Positions 40,164 to 48,594 of a stretch of 48,594 bases of DNA are shown here, one piece after another (the first letter of the stretch is position 1; each line of letters opens with the position of its first letter). The notes beneath the pieces are model-generated. The model did not search any database and had not been told where the DNA came from. It worked only from the letters and a program-made list of their open reading frames with translations. This stretch comes from Acidimicrobiales bacterium. Lineage in GTDB: Bacteria > Actinomycetota > Acidimicrobiia > Acidimicrobiales > Palsa-688. A program made the translations under genes and the position numbers. The stretch lies in NCBI GenBank assembly GCA_035702845.1, contig DASSZK010000272.1, positions 1 through 48,594 on the forward strand. The letters are read 5' to 3'.

Positions 40164-41354
40164 TCAGCGCTGGTCGAGGGCCTGCCCCACCCGACCCAGC
40201 AGTTCGCTCAGTACGCCAGGGGTGGTGGCGAAGTTGAGCCTGGCGTGGCCGGCGCCGCCTGGCCCGAACTCGAGCCCGGGACTTAGCCGCACCCTGGCGT
40301 GCTCGGTGAGCCATACGGCGGGGTCTACCTCGAGCCCTGCCCCCCGGAAATCGAGCCACGCCAGGTAGGTGGCCTCCGGCAGGATGCCCATAACGCCGAG
40401 GGCGCTCCCGGTCCCGGCCAACCACGTACCCAGTGCTGCTCGGTTGTCCCGCAGGCGCACGAGGCACCGTTCCAGCCAGGCGTCGCCCTCGGGCGTCCAG
40501 GCGGCGAGTGTGGTCGCCACCGATGCCGTGCCCACCGAGCCCAGGAAGTGATCGGGGAGGGCGTCAAAGGCCCTGCGCACGCCGTCGTGGCCCACATGGG
40601 CGACCGCGCAGCTCATGCCCCCCAGGTTGAACGACTTGCTGGCCGAATAGAGCGTGACGGTACGCGATGCTGCACCAGGGCCCAGGCCTGCGAATGCGAC
40701 ATGGTGCCCTCGTGAGAGCACGAGGTCGGCATGGATCTCGTCTGACACTACGAGCAGGTCATGGCGCTCGGCCAGCTCGGCCAAGGCCGCCAACTCCGGG
40801 CGGTTCAACATCAGGCCTGTGGGGTTGTGGGGGTTGACAAGCAGCAGCGCCCGGGCCGACGGCGCCAGGCGGTGCGCAGCGTCCATGTCCACCTCGTAGC
40901 GACTGTCCCCTGGCTCGACCGGGACGGCCAGGAGCCTGCGACCCATGTCTTCGATGCTGCGGACGAACGGCGGGTACGAAGGAGTAAGCAACAGGACTCC
41001 ATCACCGGGCTGCGTGCCGACCTGGAGGATGGCCTGAGTGGCCTGCACCAGGTCTGTGAACGCCCGTACCCGCTCGGGCTCGGGCCCCCAGGCGAAGCGT
41101 CCTGCCATCCTCGAGCAAAAGGCCGGGGCGAGGCGCTGTGCCGGCCACCCGTTCGCGTAGCCCAGGTCGCCCGAGTGGGCCAGCTCCAGCAGGGCGCTGC
41201 GCACAACCGCAGGAGGCGGGAAGTCCATGTCGGCCACCCATGCCGGGATCGTCCCCAGGGGCGTCGAAGCCCACTTGGTGCCGGGCTTGGAGGCGAGCCA
41301 CTCCATGTCCAGCTGGTCGAACCCCTCATCTGGGTAGAGCTGGTCATGGCCCAT
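40164..41354 (-). CDS. PLP-dependent aminotransferase class I/II, MalY/PatB-type cystathionine beta-lyase
   Basis: Motifs seen: WVADMDFPPPAVV, LLVNPHNPTG, VVSDEIHADL, and PLP-lysine context YSASKSFNLGG. Confidence 0.8.
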   Translation of the reverse strand: MGHDQLYPDEGFDQLDMEWLASKPGTKWASTPLGTIPAWVADMDFPPPAVVRSALLELAHSGDLGYANGWPAQRLAPAFCSRMAGRFAWGPEPERVRAFTDLVQATQAILQVGTQPGDGVLLLTPSYPPFVRSIEDMGRRLLAVPVEPGDSRYEVDMDAAHRLAPSARALLLVNPHNPTGLMLNRPELAALAELAERHDLLVVSDEIHADLVLSRGHHVAFAGLGPGAASRTVTLYSASKSFNLGGMSCAVAHVGHDGVRRAFDALPDHFLGSVGTASVATTLAAWTPEGDAWLERCLVRLRDNRAALGTWLAGTGSALGVMGILPEATYLAWLDFRGAGLEVDPAVWLTEHARVRLSPGLEFGPGGAGHARLNFATTPGVLSELLGRVGQALDQR

Positions 41355-41404
41355 GGAGGGGCATGCTAGCTATGCCCTTGCGCGCCCTCTGCACCTGTGG
41401 CAAT

Positions 41405-41473
41405 ATGACCGAGATGGCAGTGGCAGCTGAGGGGACCATTTCAAGCGTCCTTCTCGTAGTAGTACTTACCTGA
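41405..41473 (+). CDS. ilvBNC leader peptide (branched-chain amino-acid rich)
   Basis: The sequence is MTEMAVAAEGTISSVLLVVVLT*, or 19 aa if translated from the second ATG at 41414. It ends with seven consecutive Val/Leu codons, 105 nt upstream of ilvB. It is hidden in the track as the tail of ORF 41138..41473. Confidence 0.6.
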   Translation: MTEMAVAAEGTISSVLLVVVLT

Positions 41474-41501
41474 CGCGCCCTGCCCCACAGCGCGCGTCCA
41501 C

Positions 41502-41530
41502 GACCTCCCAGCCGGGAGGTCTTTTTATTT
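41502..41530 (+). terminator. intrinsic terminator of the ilv attenuator
   Basis: gacctccc (41502..41509) pairs with gggaggtc (41514..41521) across the loop agcc, followed by tttttattt. It is preceded by a second perfect hairpin, gacgcgc (41472..41478) / gcgcgtc (41492..41498), that starts at the leader stop codon. Confidence 0.7.
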
Positions 41531-41577
41531 CCAGAGCCAGACCACGCCGAGCAAACCCCGAGGACAGAGAGGCAGAG

Positions 41578-43320
41578 ATGCAACTCACAGGAGCGCAAGC
41601 CCTGATCAAAAGCTTGGAGATGGAGCACACCGAGGTCGTTTTCGGCCTTCCCGGTGGGGCCATACTCCCTGCTTACGACCCCATCTTGGACTCGCCCATC
41701 CGCCACGTACTGGTCCGCCACGAGCAAGGGGCCGGCCACATGGCCGAGGGCTATGCCCACGTCACCGGCCGCCCCGGAGTGGCCATCGCCACCAGCGGTC
41801 CTGGAGCGACGAACCTCGTCACCGCCCTGTGCGACGCCTACATGGACTCGGTGCCCATGGTGGCGATCACGGGCCAGGTAGGCCGGCCGGTAATCGGGAC
41901 CGACGCCTTCCAGGAGGGCGACACGGTGGGGATCACCCGCTCGGTGACCAAGCACAACGAGCTCGTCATGCGCCCCGAGGACATCGCCCTCACGGTGCGC
42001 CAGGCGTTCCACCTGGCCCAGACGGGGCGCCCCGGCCCGGTGCTGGTCGACCTGCCTAAGGACATACTGCAGGCAACCACGGAGTGGCACTGGCCGAGCG
42101 ACGAGGAGGTGCGTGCCTCGCTCCCCGGCTACAAGCCCAACACCAAGGGCCATCCCCGCATGGTCAAAGAGGCGGTGCGCCTCATATCCGCCTCACGGCG
42201 GCCCGTGATCTATGCGGGTGGGGGCATATTGAAGGCGCGGGCCGCTGACGCCCTGCGCCAGTTTGCCGAGCTTGTCAACGCACCGGTGGTCACCACGCTC
42301 ATGGCGAGGGGCGCTTTCCCGGACAGCCACCGCCAGTGCCTGGGCATGCCGGGGATGCACGGCAATTACGCAGCGATCATGGCCATGCAGGAGTCCGATC
42401 TCCTCATAACCCTGGGGGCCCGTTTCGACGACCGGGTGACCGGGTTGGTCTCGGCGTTCGCCCCTGGGGCCAAGGTGGTCCACGTCGACATCGACCCGGC
42501 CGAGCTGGGCAAGATCCGCCGTCCCGATGTGCCCATCGTCGGGGACTGCCGCTTGGTCATCGAGGAGATGGTGCGCGTGATGAACGCCGCAGCCGAGCCG
42601 CAGGCGGACCGCAGCCAATGGTGGGGTGTTGTCGACGAGTGGCGAGAGCGGTTCCCGCTGCATTACTCGCCGCACCAGCCCGGCGACCTGTTGAAACCCC
42701 AAGCAGTTATCGAGGCGATCAGGGACGCAAGCCCGGCTGACACCACTGTCGTCGCCGGCGTTGGCCAGCACCAGATGTGGGCCAGCCAGTACTGGCGGTT
42801 CGATTACCCCTATACGTGGGTCAACAGCGGTGGTTTGGGCACCATGGGCTTCGCCGTGCCGGCGGCGATCGGCGCCAAAGTGGGGCGTCCGGACAGGACG
42901 GTCTGGGCCATCGATGGGGACGGATGTTTCCAGATGACGGCGCAGGAGCTCGTGACGGCATCCAGCGAACGGATCCCCATAAAAGTCGCCATCTTGAACA
43001 ACGCCTATCTGGGCATGGTGCGCCAGTGGCAGGAGATGTTCTACGAGGAGCGGTACTCGGAGGTTTACCTCTCGCCCGACCTGCCGGATTACGTGAAGTG
43101 GGCCGAGGCCATGGGTTGTGCCGCTTTCCGGGTGGAGGACCCGGACGACGTCGGGCCCGTGGTGGACAAGGCCAATGCCATCGACGACCGTCCGGTTGTG
43201 GTCGATTTCCGCACGGACTCCAGGGAAAAAGTGTTCCCGATGGTGCCCTCCGGTGCTTCCAACAGCAACGTCATCGTCCACCCGGACCTGCGGCCCGGCG
43301 GCGAGAAGGTGGTCCAATGA
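41578..43320 (+). CDS. ilvB: acetolactate synthase large subunit
   Basis: Motifs seen: GAQALIKSLEMEHTEVVFGLPGGAILP, RHEQGAGHMAEGYA, TSGPGATNLVT, and ThDP motif GLGTMGFAVPAAIGAK...IDGDGCFQM...NN. Confidence 0.95.
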   Translation: MQLTGAQALIKSLEMEHTEVVFGLPGGAILPAYDPILDSPIRHVLVRHEQGAGHMAEGYAHVTGRPGVAIATSGPGATNLVTALCDAYMDSVPMVAITGQVGRPVIGTDAFQEGDTVGITRSVTKHNELVMRPEDIALTVRQAFHLAQTGRPGPVLVDLPKDILQATTEWHWPSDEEVRASLPGYKPNTKGHPRMVKEAVRLISASRRPVIYAGGGILKARAADALRQFAELVNAPVVTTLMARGAFPDSHRQCLGMPGMHGNYAAIMAMQESDLLITLGARFDDRVTGLVSAFAPGAKVVHVDIDPAELGKIRRPDVPIVGDCRLVIEEMVRVMNAAAEPQADRSQWWGVVDEWRERFPLHYSPHQPGDLLKPQAVIEAIRDASPADTTVVAGVGQHQMWASQYWRFDYPYTWVNSGGLGTMGFAVPAAIGAKVGRPDRTVWAIDGDGCFQMTAQELVTASSERIPIKVAILNNAYLGMVRQWQEMFYEERYSEVYLSPDLPDYVKWAEAMGCAAFRVEDPDDVGPVVDKANAIDDRPVVVDFRTDSREKVFPMVPSGASNSNVIVHPDLRPGGEKVVQ

Positions 43321-43898
43321 GCTCCGTGGTCACTACAGGCAACACGTGGGTGTCCGGGTCGGGACGTGCCCGCCACCAGACGATCTCGGTCATCGTCGAA
43401 AACCGGGCCGGCGTCCTCGCCCGCGTCTCGGCGCTTTTTGCCCGCCGCGGGTTCAACATCATCTCGCTGGCGGTGGCGCCGACTGACGACGAGTCCTTTA
43501 GCCGGGTGACCATCGTCGTGGACCTGGAAGAGACATCGGTTGAGCAGCTGACCAAACAGCTGTTCAAGTTGGTGAACGTAGTCAAGATCACCGAGATGGT
43601 CCCCGGGGAAGCAATCGAGCGCGAGCTGGCCCTGGTCAGTGTGCGCTGCGCGCCCCCCGGAGGCCCGGGGCCGTCGCGCGGCGAGGTCGGCGAGCTCGTG
43701 CGCATATTCGGCGGGACGGTCGTCGACGTAGGCCAGGAGGCCCTCACGGTTATGCTTGCTGGCCAGCCGTCGATGCTCGATGACTTCGAGGAGCTGCTTC
43801 GCCCCTACGGGATCATCGACATCCAACGCACCGGCCGGGTCGCCCTGCCCAAGCTGGAGAGGCCGCCGGCGCGGCGCTCTTCCAACCACATCGCATAA
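43317..43898 (+). CDS. ilvN: acetolactate synthase small (regulatory) subunit
   Basis: There is an ATGA overlap with ilvB. The ACT domain is HQTISVIVENRAGVLARVSALFARRGFNIISLAV. The gene is the 3' part of the 373-aa track ORF. Confidence 0.9.
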   Translation: MSSVVTTGNTWVSGSGRARHQTISVIVENRAGVLARVSALFARRGFNIISLAVAPTDDESFSRVTIVVDLEETSVEQLTKQLFKLVNVVKITEMVPGEAIERELALVSVRCAPPGGPGPSRGEVGELVRIFGGTVVDVGQEALTVMLAGQPSMLDDFEELLRPYGIIDIQRTGRVALPKLERPPARRSSNHIA

Positions 43899-43932
43899 AG
43901 ATCACACCCTGATAAATAGACCGGATAAATAG

Positions 43933-44976
<1,044 letters not shown>

Positions 44977-44994
44977 CCGCTCCCAGGCGTTTTA

Positions 44995-46782
44995 GTGCTG
45001 TCTGTGACAGAGCCGCCGGGGCACTACGACTACGACGTAATCGTCGTCGGGTCTGGCTTCGGCGGCTCTGTCGCGGCACTGCGCTTGTCCGAAAAGGGCT
45101 ACCGGGTCGCCGTGGTTGAGGCGGGTGCCCGCATGGGGCCCGAATCGCTGCCTCGCAACTCGTGGCATATCCGGCGGTTCCTGTGGGCCCCGCGCCTTGG
45201 TTGCTACGGGGTACAGCGGCTGCACTTCCTTAGAGACGTCGTCGTCCTGGCAGGAGCCGGGGTCGGTGGCGGTTCCCTGAATTACGCCAACACTCTTTAC
45301 CAGCCGCCGCCCGAGTTTTTTTCGGCACCACAATGGCCGTCCTTGGCCGGCGGCCGCGAGTGGGCGGACGAACTTTCCCCGTACTACGCCCAGGCCCGGC
45401 GGATGCTCGGAGCAACAATAAACCCGTTGACCAGCCCTGCGGACGAGGCCATGAGGGAGGTGGCGCGCGAGATGGGTTGCGAGAGCACGTTCCGGTCGGT
45501 GCCGGTCGGCGTCTATTTCGGGCCACCGGGGACCAAACCGGGGGCGGCTGTGGCCGACCCGTTCTTCGGCGGCGCAGGGCCCGCGCGCCACGCCTGCCGC
45601 CAGTGCGGTGAGTGCATGACGGGTTGCCGCCACGGGGCCAAGAACACGCTGGTGACGAACTACCTATATCTCGCCGAGCGGGCGGGGGCCGTCGTCATCC
45701 CCATGACGACTGTGCGCTCGCTGGTGCCGATCGAGGGAGCTGGCTGGTCTGTGGAGGCTGCCTCGACCGCTTTCCCGCGGCGCTCACGGCGTCTGACGGC
45801 TCGCCACGTGGTCCTCGCTGCCGGGACTTATGGGTCTCAGAAGTTGCTGCATTCGATGGCTGCCTCTGGGCGCTTGCCCCTCCTGTCTCGCGCGCTCGGC
45901 CGGTTTACCCGCACCAATTCGGAGTCTCTGCTGGGCGCTGTGGTCCCATCGGTGCGTCCCGGGACGGATTACAGCCGGGGAGTGGCAATAACGTCATCGT
46001 TTTCCCCCGAGCCGGGCACCCATGTGGAGCCGGTGCGCTACGGGCATGGTTCCAACCTCATGGGACTTTTTGGCACTTTGCTGGTCGAGCGCCCTTCGCC
46101 GGCCCGCTGGCTGGCAGAGGTACGCCGCCAACCCCGGGCCCTGTTGTCGGGCCTGGCTCTGCGCCGGTGGTCGGAGCGCACCATCATCGCCCTCGTCATG
46201 CAGGTCCAGGACAATTCCCTGACGCTGTATGCAAAACGGCGGCTTGTCGGCTCGCTGTTCGCCGGGTCATGTAAGGCCGGGGGAATGTGGCGCCTTGCCA
46301 GCCGCCAAGGGCACGGCGAGCCCAACCCGACTACGATCCCGCTCGGCCACGAGGTGGTGCGCCGGCTGGCGCGTGTCATCGGAGGGCGTCCCGCCGGTAC
46401 TTGGGGCGAGATCATCGGCATGCCGATGACCGCCCACTTCTTAGGCGGCTGCGTCATGGGGGAGTCGGCTGAGACCGGCGTGGTGGACGCATGGCAGCGC
46501 GTTTACGGTTACGAGGGGTTGCACATTGCCGACGGGTCGGTGGTGCCGGCTAACCCCGGGGTGAACCCGTCCCTAACGATCACCGCCATGGCCGAGAGGG
46601 CCTTCGCCTATTGGCCCAACAAGGGGGAGCCCGACCCGAGGCCGGCGGTGGGCAGCTTGGTCGGGCCCGGCACCGACCAGCCTTGTCCGGCGGAGCCCGT
46701 GGTGCCGGTCTCTCCCGTGGTGCCGGCGGGTGCGCCGGGACAGCTTGATATTCGGCTCGGTGAGACCGCAACGCAGCCCTAG
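44995..46782 (+). CDS. GMC-family FAD oxidoreductase, ChoD (cholesterol-oxidase-annotated) type
   Basis: GTG start. Motifs seen: YDYDVIVVGSGFGGSVAALRLSEKGYRVAVVEAG, FLWAPRLGCYGVQRLHFLRDVVVLAGAGVGGGSLNYANTLY, and the C-terminal HFLGGCVMG...ADGSVVPANPGVNPSLTITAMAER. Confidence 0.85.
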   Translation: MLSVTEPPGHYDYDVIVVGSGFGGSVAALRLSEKGYRVAVVEAGARMGPESLPRNSWHIRRFLWAPRLGCYGVQRLHFLRDVVVLAGAGVGGGSLNYANTLYQPPPEFFSAPQWPSLAGGREWADELSPYYAQARRMLGATINPLTSPADEAMREVAREMGCESTFRSVPVGVYFGPPGTKPGAAVADPFFGGAGPARHACRQCGECMTGCRHGAKNTLVTNYLYLAERAGAVVIPMTTVRSLVPIEGAGWSVEAASTAFPRRSRRLTARHVVLAAGTYGSQKLLHSMAASGRLPLLSRALGRFTRTNSESLLGAVVPSVRPGTDYSRGVAITSSFSPEPGTHVEPVRYGHGSNLMGLFGTLLVERPSPARWLAEVRRQPRALLSGLALRRWSERTIIALVMQVQDNSLTLYAKRRLVGSLFAGSCKAGGMWRLASRQGHGEPNPTTIPLGHEVVRRLARVIGGRPAGTWGEIIGMPMTAHFLGGCVMGESAETGVVDAWQRVYGYEGLHIADGSVVPANPGVNPSLTITAMAERAFAYWPNKGEPDPRPAVGSLVGPGTDQPCPAEPVVPVSPVVPAGAPGQLDIRLGETATQP

Positions 46783-46792
46783 GCTTCTGGGT

Positions 46793-47431
46793 ATGGCCAC
46801 GCTTCATCAAGCAACTTTGACCCCCTCCAAGCTGGAATTGTTGTCGTCGTGGGTACCCGAGCAACCCTGGTGGCCCCACGACAGCGCGTGCGCCATCGAC
46901 TTGAGCGTGGATTACCGCTTCGACGACCCCGACGGGGAGGTCGGGATCCAGACGTACCTCCTGCGGACGGAACTTGGTACCGTCGTGCAGGTCCCAGTTA
47001 CCTACCGCGACGCACCCCTGGATGTGGCAGAGGAGCACCTGATCGGCACGTCGATGCACTCGGTCCTCGGTAAGCGCTGGCTGTACGACGGCTGTGCAGA
47101 CCCCGTGTGCGTGCGAGCTTTCGCCACGGCCATCCTGACCGGCGGCAGCCAAGCAGTGCTGGAAATACTGACCCCGCAGGGGCCACAGGTGCGCGAACCG
47201 AGCGCCGTTGTGCGTGGCACGGGTGACGAGGAACTGGCTCCAGTCGCGCCGAGTTCGCCGGCCTACGACAACGGTGACAACAGAGCTGATATCAGATGGG
47301 CAGATCTTCGCTTGGAGATCGGGCGGTGTGTACTGGCTCCCGGGCGAGCCCTGGACGGCGACTTCTTCTTGGAAGGGACCTGGCCAGGCCAGCCAGAGCC
47401 CGTCAGGTTGGCCGGGATCAAGAGGTCCTAA
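46793..47431 (+). CDS. stand-alone maltokinase N-terminal-cap-like domain protein (often annotated as a glucan branching protein)
   Basis: I trimmed the ORF to ATG 46793. MATLHQATLTPSKLELLSSWVPEQPWW matches, from memory, the conserved N-terminus of this actinobacterial family. The upstream part of the track ORF overlaps the oxidoreductase gene. Confidence 0.6.
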   Translation: MATLHQATLTPSKLELLSSWVPEQPWWPHDSACAIDLSVDYRFDDPDGEVGIQTYLLRTELGTVVQVPVTYRDAPLDVAEEHLIGTSMHSVLGKRWLYDGCADPVCVRAFATAILTGGSQAVLEILTPQGPQVREPSAVVRGTGDEELAPVAPSSPAYDNGDNRADIRWADLRLEIGRCVLAPGRALDGDFFLEGTWPGQPEPVRLAGIKRS

Positions 47432-47946
47432 AGCCCGACTGTGCCGTCGATGGTTTCCCGGATCAGATCGGCGTGGCCATTGTGGCGGGCATACTCCTCG
47501 AGCATGTGAGCGAGGGCCCATCGCATGGACACCGGTCCCTCGCCGGGTTCTTCCCCAAGGACATCCAAGCTGGGCGCCTCGTCAATGAGCCTCTGGGCAA
47601 ACCTAACTTCGGCGCGCCATAGTTCCCACGCCTCGGCCACCATTTGCTCGTCCGCGCCGGCCACGTCAAAGGCATCGTTGCTCCCGGTTGCGCTGGCGAA
47701 CAATGGTTGGCATGGCTCGCCACCGATAACCCGGCGGAACCAAAACCGCTCCGCGTCGGCGGTATGGCGCACCAGGCCCAACAATGAAAGCCGTGACATG
47801 CCGACGGGCTGTAGTGCCAACTGGCCGGGCGTCAAACCGGCGCATTTGATCTCAAGGGTCTGGCGGTGCCAATTGAGGAATGCCGCCATGGTTGTGCGTT
47901 CGTCGGCGCACGACGGGCGCCTGGTCCGGGGATCGTCTGCGGGCAT
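47428..47946 (-). CDS. DinB-family (DUF664 / mycothiol-transferase-like) protein
   Basis: I trimmed the ORF to ATG 47946 (MPADDPRT...). Motifs seen: FLNWHRQTLEIKCAGLT, LLGLVRHTADAERFWF, and the C-terminal MLEEYARHNGHADLIRE, which is the His metal-ligand pattern of the DinB fold. Confidence 0.75.
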   Translation of the reverse strand: MPADDPRTRRPSCADERTTMAAFLNWHRQTLEIKCAGLTPGQLALQPVGMSRLSLLGLVRHTADAERFWFRRVIGGEPCQPLFASATGSNDAFDVAGADEQMVAEAWELWRAEVRFAQRLIDEAPSLDVLGEEPGEGPVSMRWALAHMLEEYARHNGHADLIRETIDGTVGL

Positions 47947-47983
47947 GGCCTGACTATACGTTCCCTGCGGCGTCTGGCGCTGC

Positions 47984-48007
47984 GATCTTCCCCAAGATCT
48001 TCCCCAA
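47984..48007. repeat. tandem 12-bp duplication next to an AT-rich patch
   Basis: gatcttccccaa at 47984..47995 is repeated at 47996..48007. It is followed by taaatatagggattttgg, which is conspicuously AT-rich for this DNA. Confidence 0.85.
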
Positions 48008-48061
48008 TAAATATAGGGATTTTGGTTGCTGGACTCACCAGAACATATGTACGATGGATAG

Positions 48062-48594
48062 GTGATCGAGCAACTGTCGGCGTTGTTGGAGGCGCAGGTG
48101 CCTTGCGACGGCGAGTCGATGGCACAGGTGCTCGAGCTTTTTGACCGCGCCGAGGCCAAGCTGCACGCAGCAGTGCTCGAGCTCGACGCCTCAGGGGCAT
48201 GGGCGGACGAGGGATGCCTGGACGTGACCGGCTTCGTGTCGGTGCACGGGCGCTGTAGCCGGGGCTATGCCCGGCGCCTTACCGGGCGCGCCGCCAAGCT
48301 CGCCGCCCTGCCGGTGCTCTTTGGCGCCTGGCGAGACGGGGAGCTCTCCAAGTTCCAGGTCGAGGTGGTGCTGGCCAACGTCGGGCGCCACTTGGGCGTG
48401 TTCGCCTCCCAAGAGGCCGAGGTGGTGCCCACCTTGGTGCCTTTGGGCCCGGCCGAGACCGTAGCGGTGATGATGAGCTGGCGCCGCCATGCCGACGCCT
48501 TGGACGAGCCTTCTGACAAGTCTGAGGAGCCTTCTGAGCTCTACCTGGCCAGGACCATGCACGGCCGGCGCGAGCTGGCCGGGCACCTCTCGGC
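48062..48594 (+). CDS. DUF222-domain protein (N-terminal part of an HNH-endonuclease / REP13E12-type element gene); runs off the right edge
   Basis: My own translation from GTG 48062 gives VIEQLSALLEAQVPCDGESMAQVLELFDRAEAKLHAAVLELDASGAWADEGCLDVTGFVSVHGRCSRGYARRLTGRAAKLAALPVLFGAWRDGELSKFQVEVV... It stays open to the end of the window. It is not in the ORF track because it has no stop in the window. Confidence 0.6.
   Translation, partial: MIEQLSALLEAQVPCDGESMAQVLELFDRAEAKLHAAVLELDASGAWADEGCLDVTGFVSVHGRCSRGYARRLTGRAAKLAALPVLFGAWRDGELSKFQVEVVLANVGRHLGVFASQEAEVVPTLVPLGPAETVAVMMSWRRHADALDEPSDKSEEPSELYLARTMHGRRELAGHLS

Noticed and set aside
42777-43316. 5' 180 codons of the 373-aa + strand ORF
   Set aside because: This part is out of frame inside ilvB. 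Only the part from ATG 43317 matches IlvN.
42193-43317. 374-aa minus-strand ORF
   Set aside because: It is antisense to ilvB and is a shadow ORF.
46580-47521. 313-aa minus-strand ORF
   Set aside because: It is antisense to the oxidoreductase end and the Mak-cap-like gene, with Arg/Pro/Gly-rich composition.

Overview
This is a high-GC window of actinobacterial type (Actinomycetota). Most of it is densely packed, conserved chromosomal backbone, and many genes are linked by 4-nt ATGA/GTGA overlaps.

Gene content, left to right:
- A complete GlgE alpha-glucan locus: glgP divergent from glgE-treS-pep2-glgB.
- A small accessory patch at about 9.7-17.3 kb. It holds an APH-fold phosphotransferase, two secreted Cys-rich proteins, a possible lipoprotein, a heterodimeric ABC exporter and an O-methyltransferase.
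- An L,D-transpeptidase.
- The conserved block cysteine desulfurase-mnmA-ligA, followed by a GNAT, a PASTA Ser/Thr kinase, an S4-domain protein, an SCP2 protein, gatCAB and ilvD.
- A second accessory patch at about 32.5-41.4 kb. It holds a fused RsbW-GAF-PP2C protein, a HAD hydrolase, clpP, an XRE regulator plus a ClpP-like protein, a pentapeptide-repeat ORF, an ABC1/UbiB kinase and a PatB/MalY lyase.
- ilvBNC with a leader-peptide attenuator, a ChoD-like GMC oxidoreductase, a maltokinase-N-cap-like protein, a DinB protein and the 5' part of a DUF222 (HNH-element type) gene.

Two real genes run off the window edges and are therefore missing from the supplied ORF track: glgP on the left and DUF222 on the right. 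Many long ORFs in the track are antisense or out-of-frame shadows, which are typical of high-GC DNA.

The most unusual feature is at 36.1-38.5 kb. An intact clpP is divergent from an XRE regulator, and that regulator is translationally coupled to a ClpP paralogue that has lost all three catalytic residues. Short tandem 16-bp repeats sit in both flanking intergenic regions. A pentapeptide-repeat ORF has a 3' third that runs antisense through the ClpP-like gene.

I saw no rRNA, tRNA, CRISPR array or transposase. All calls rest on reading the translations and the DNA by eye. No database search, folding or statistics were run.
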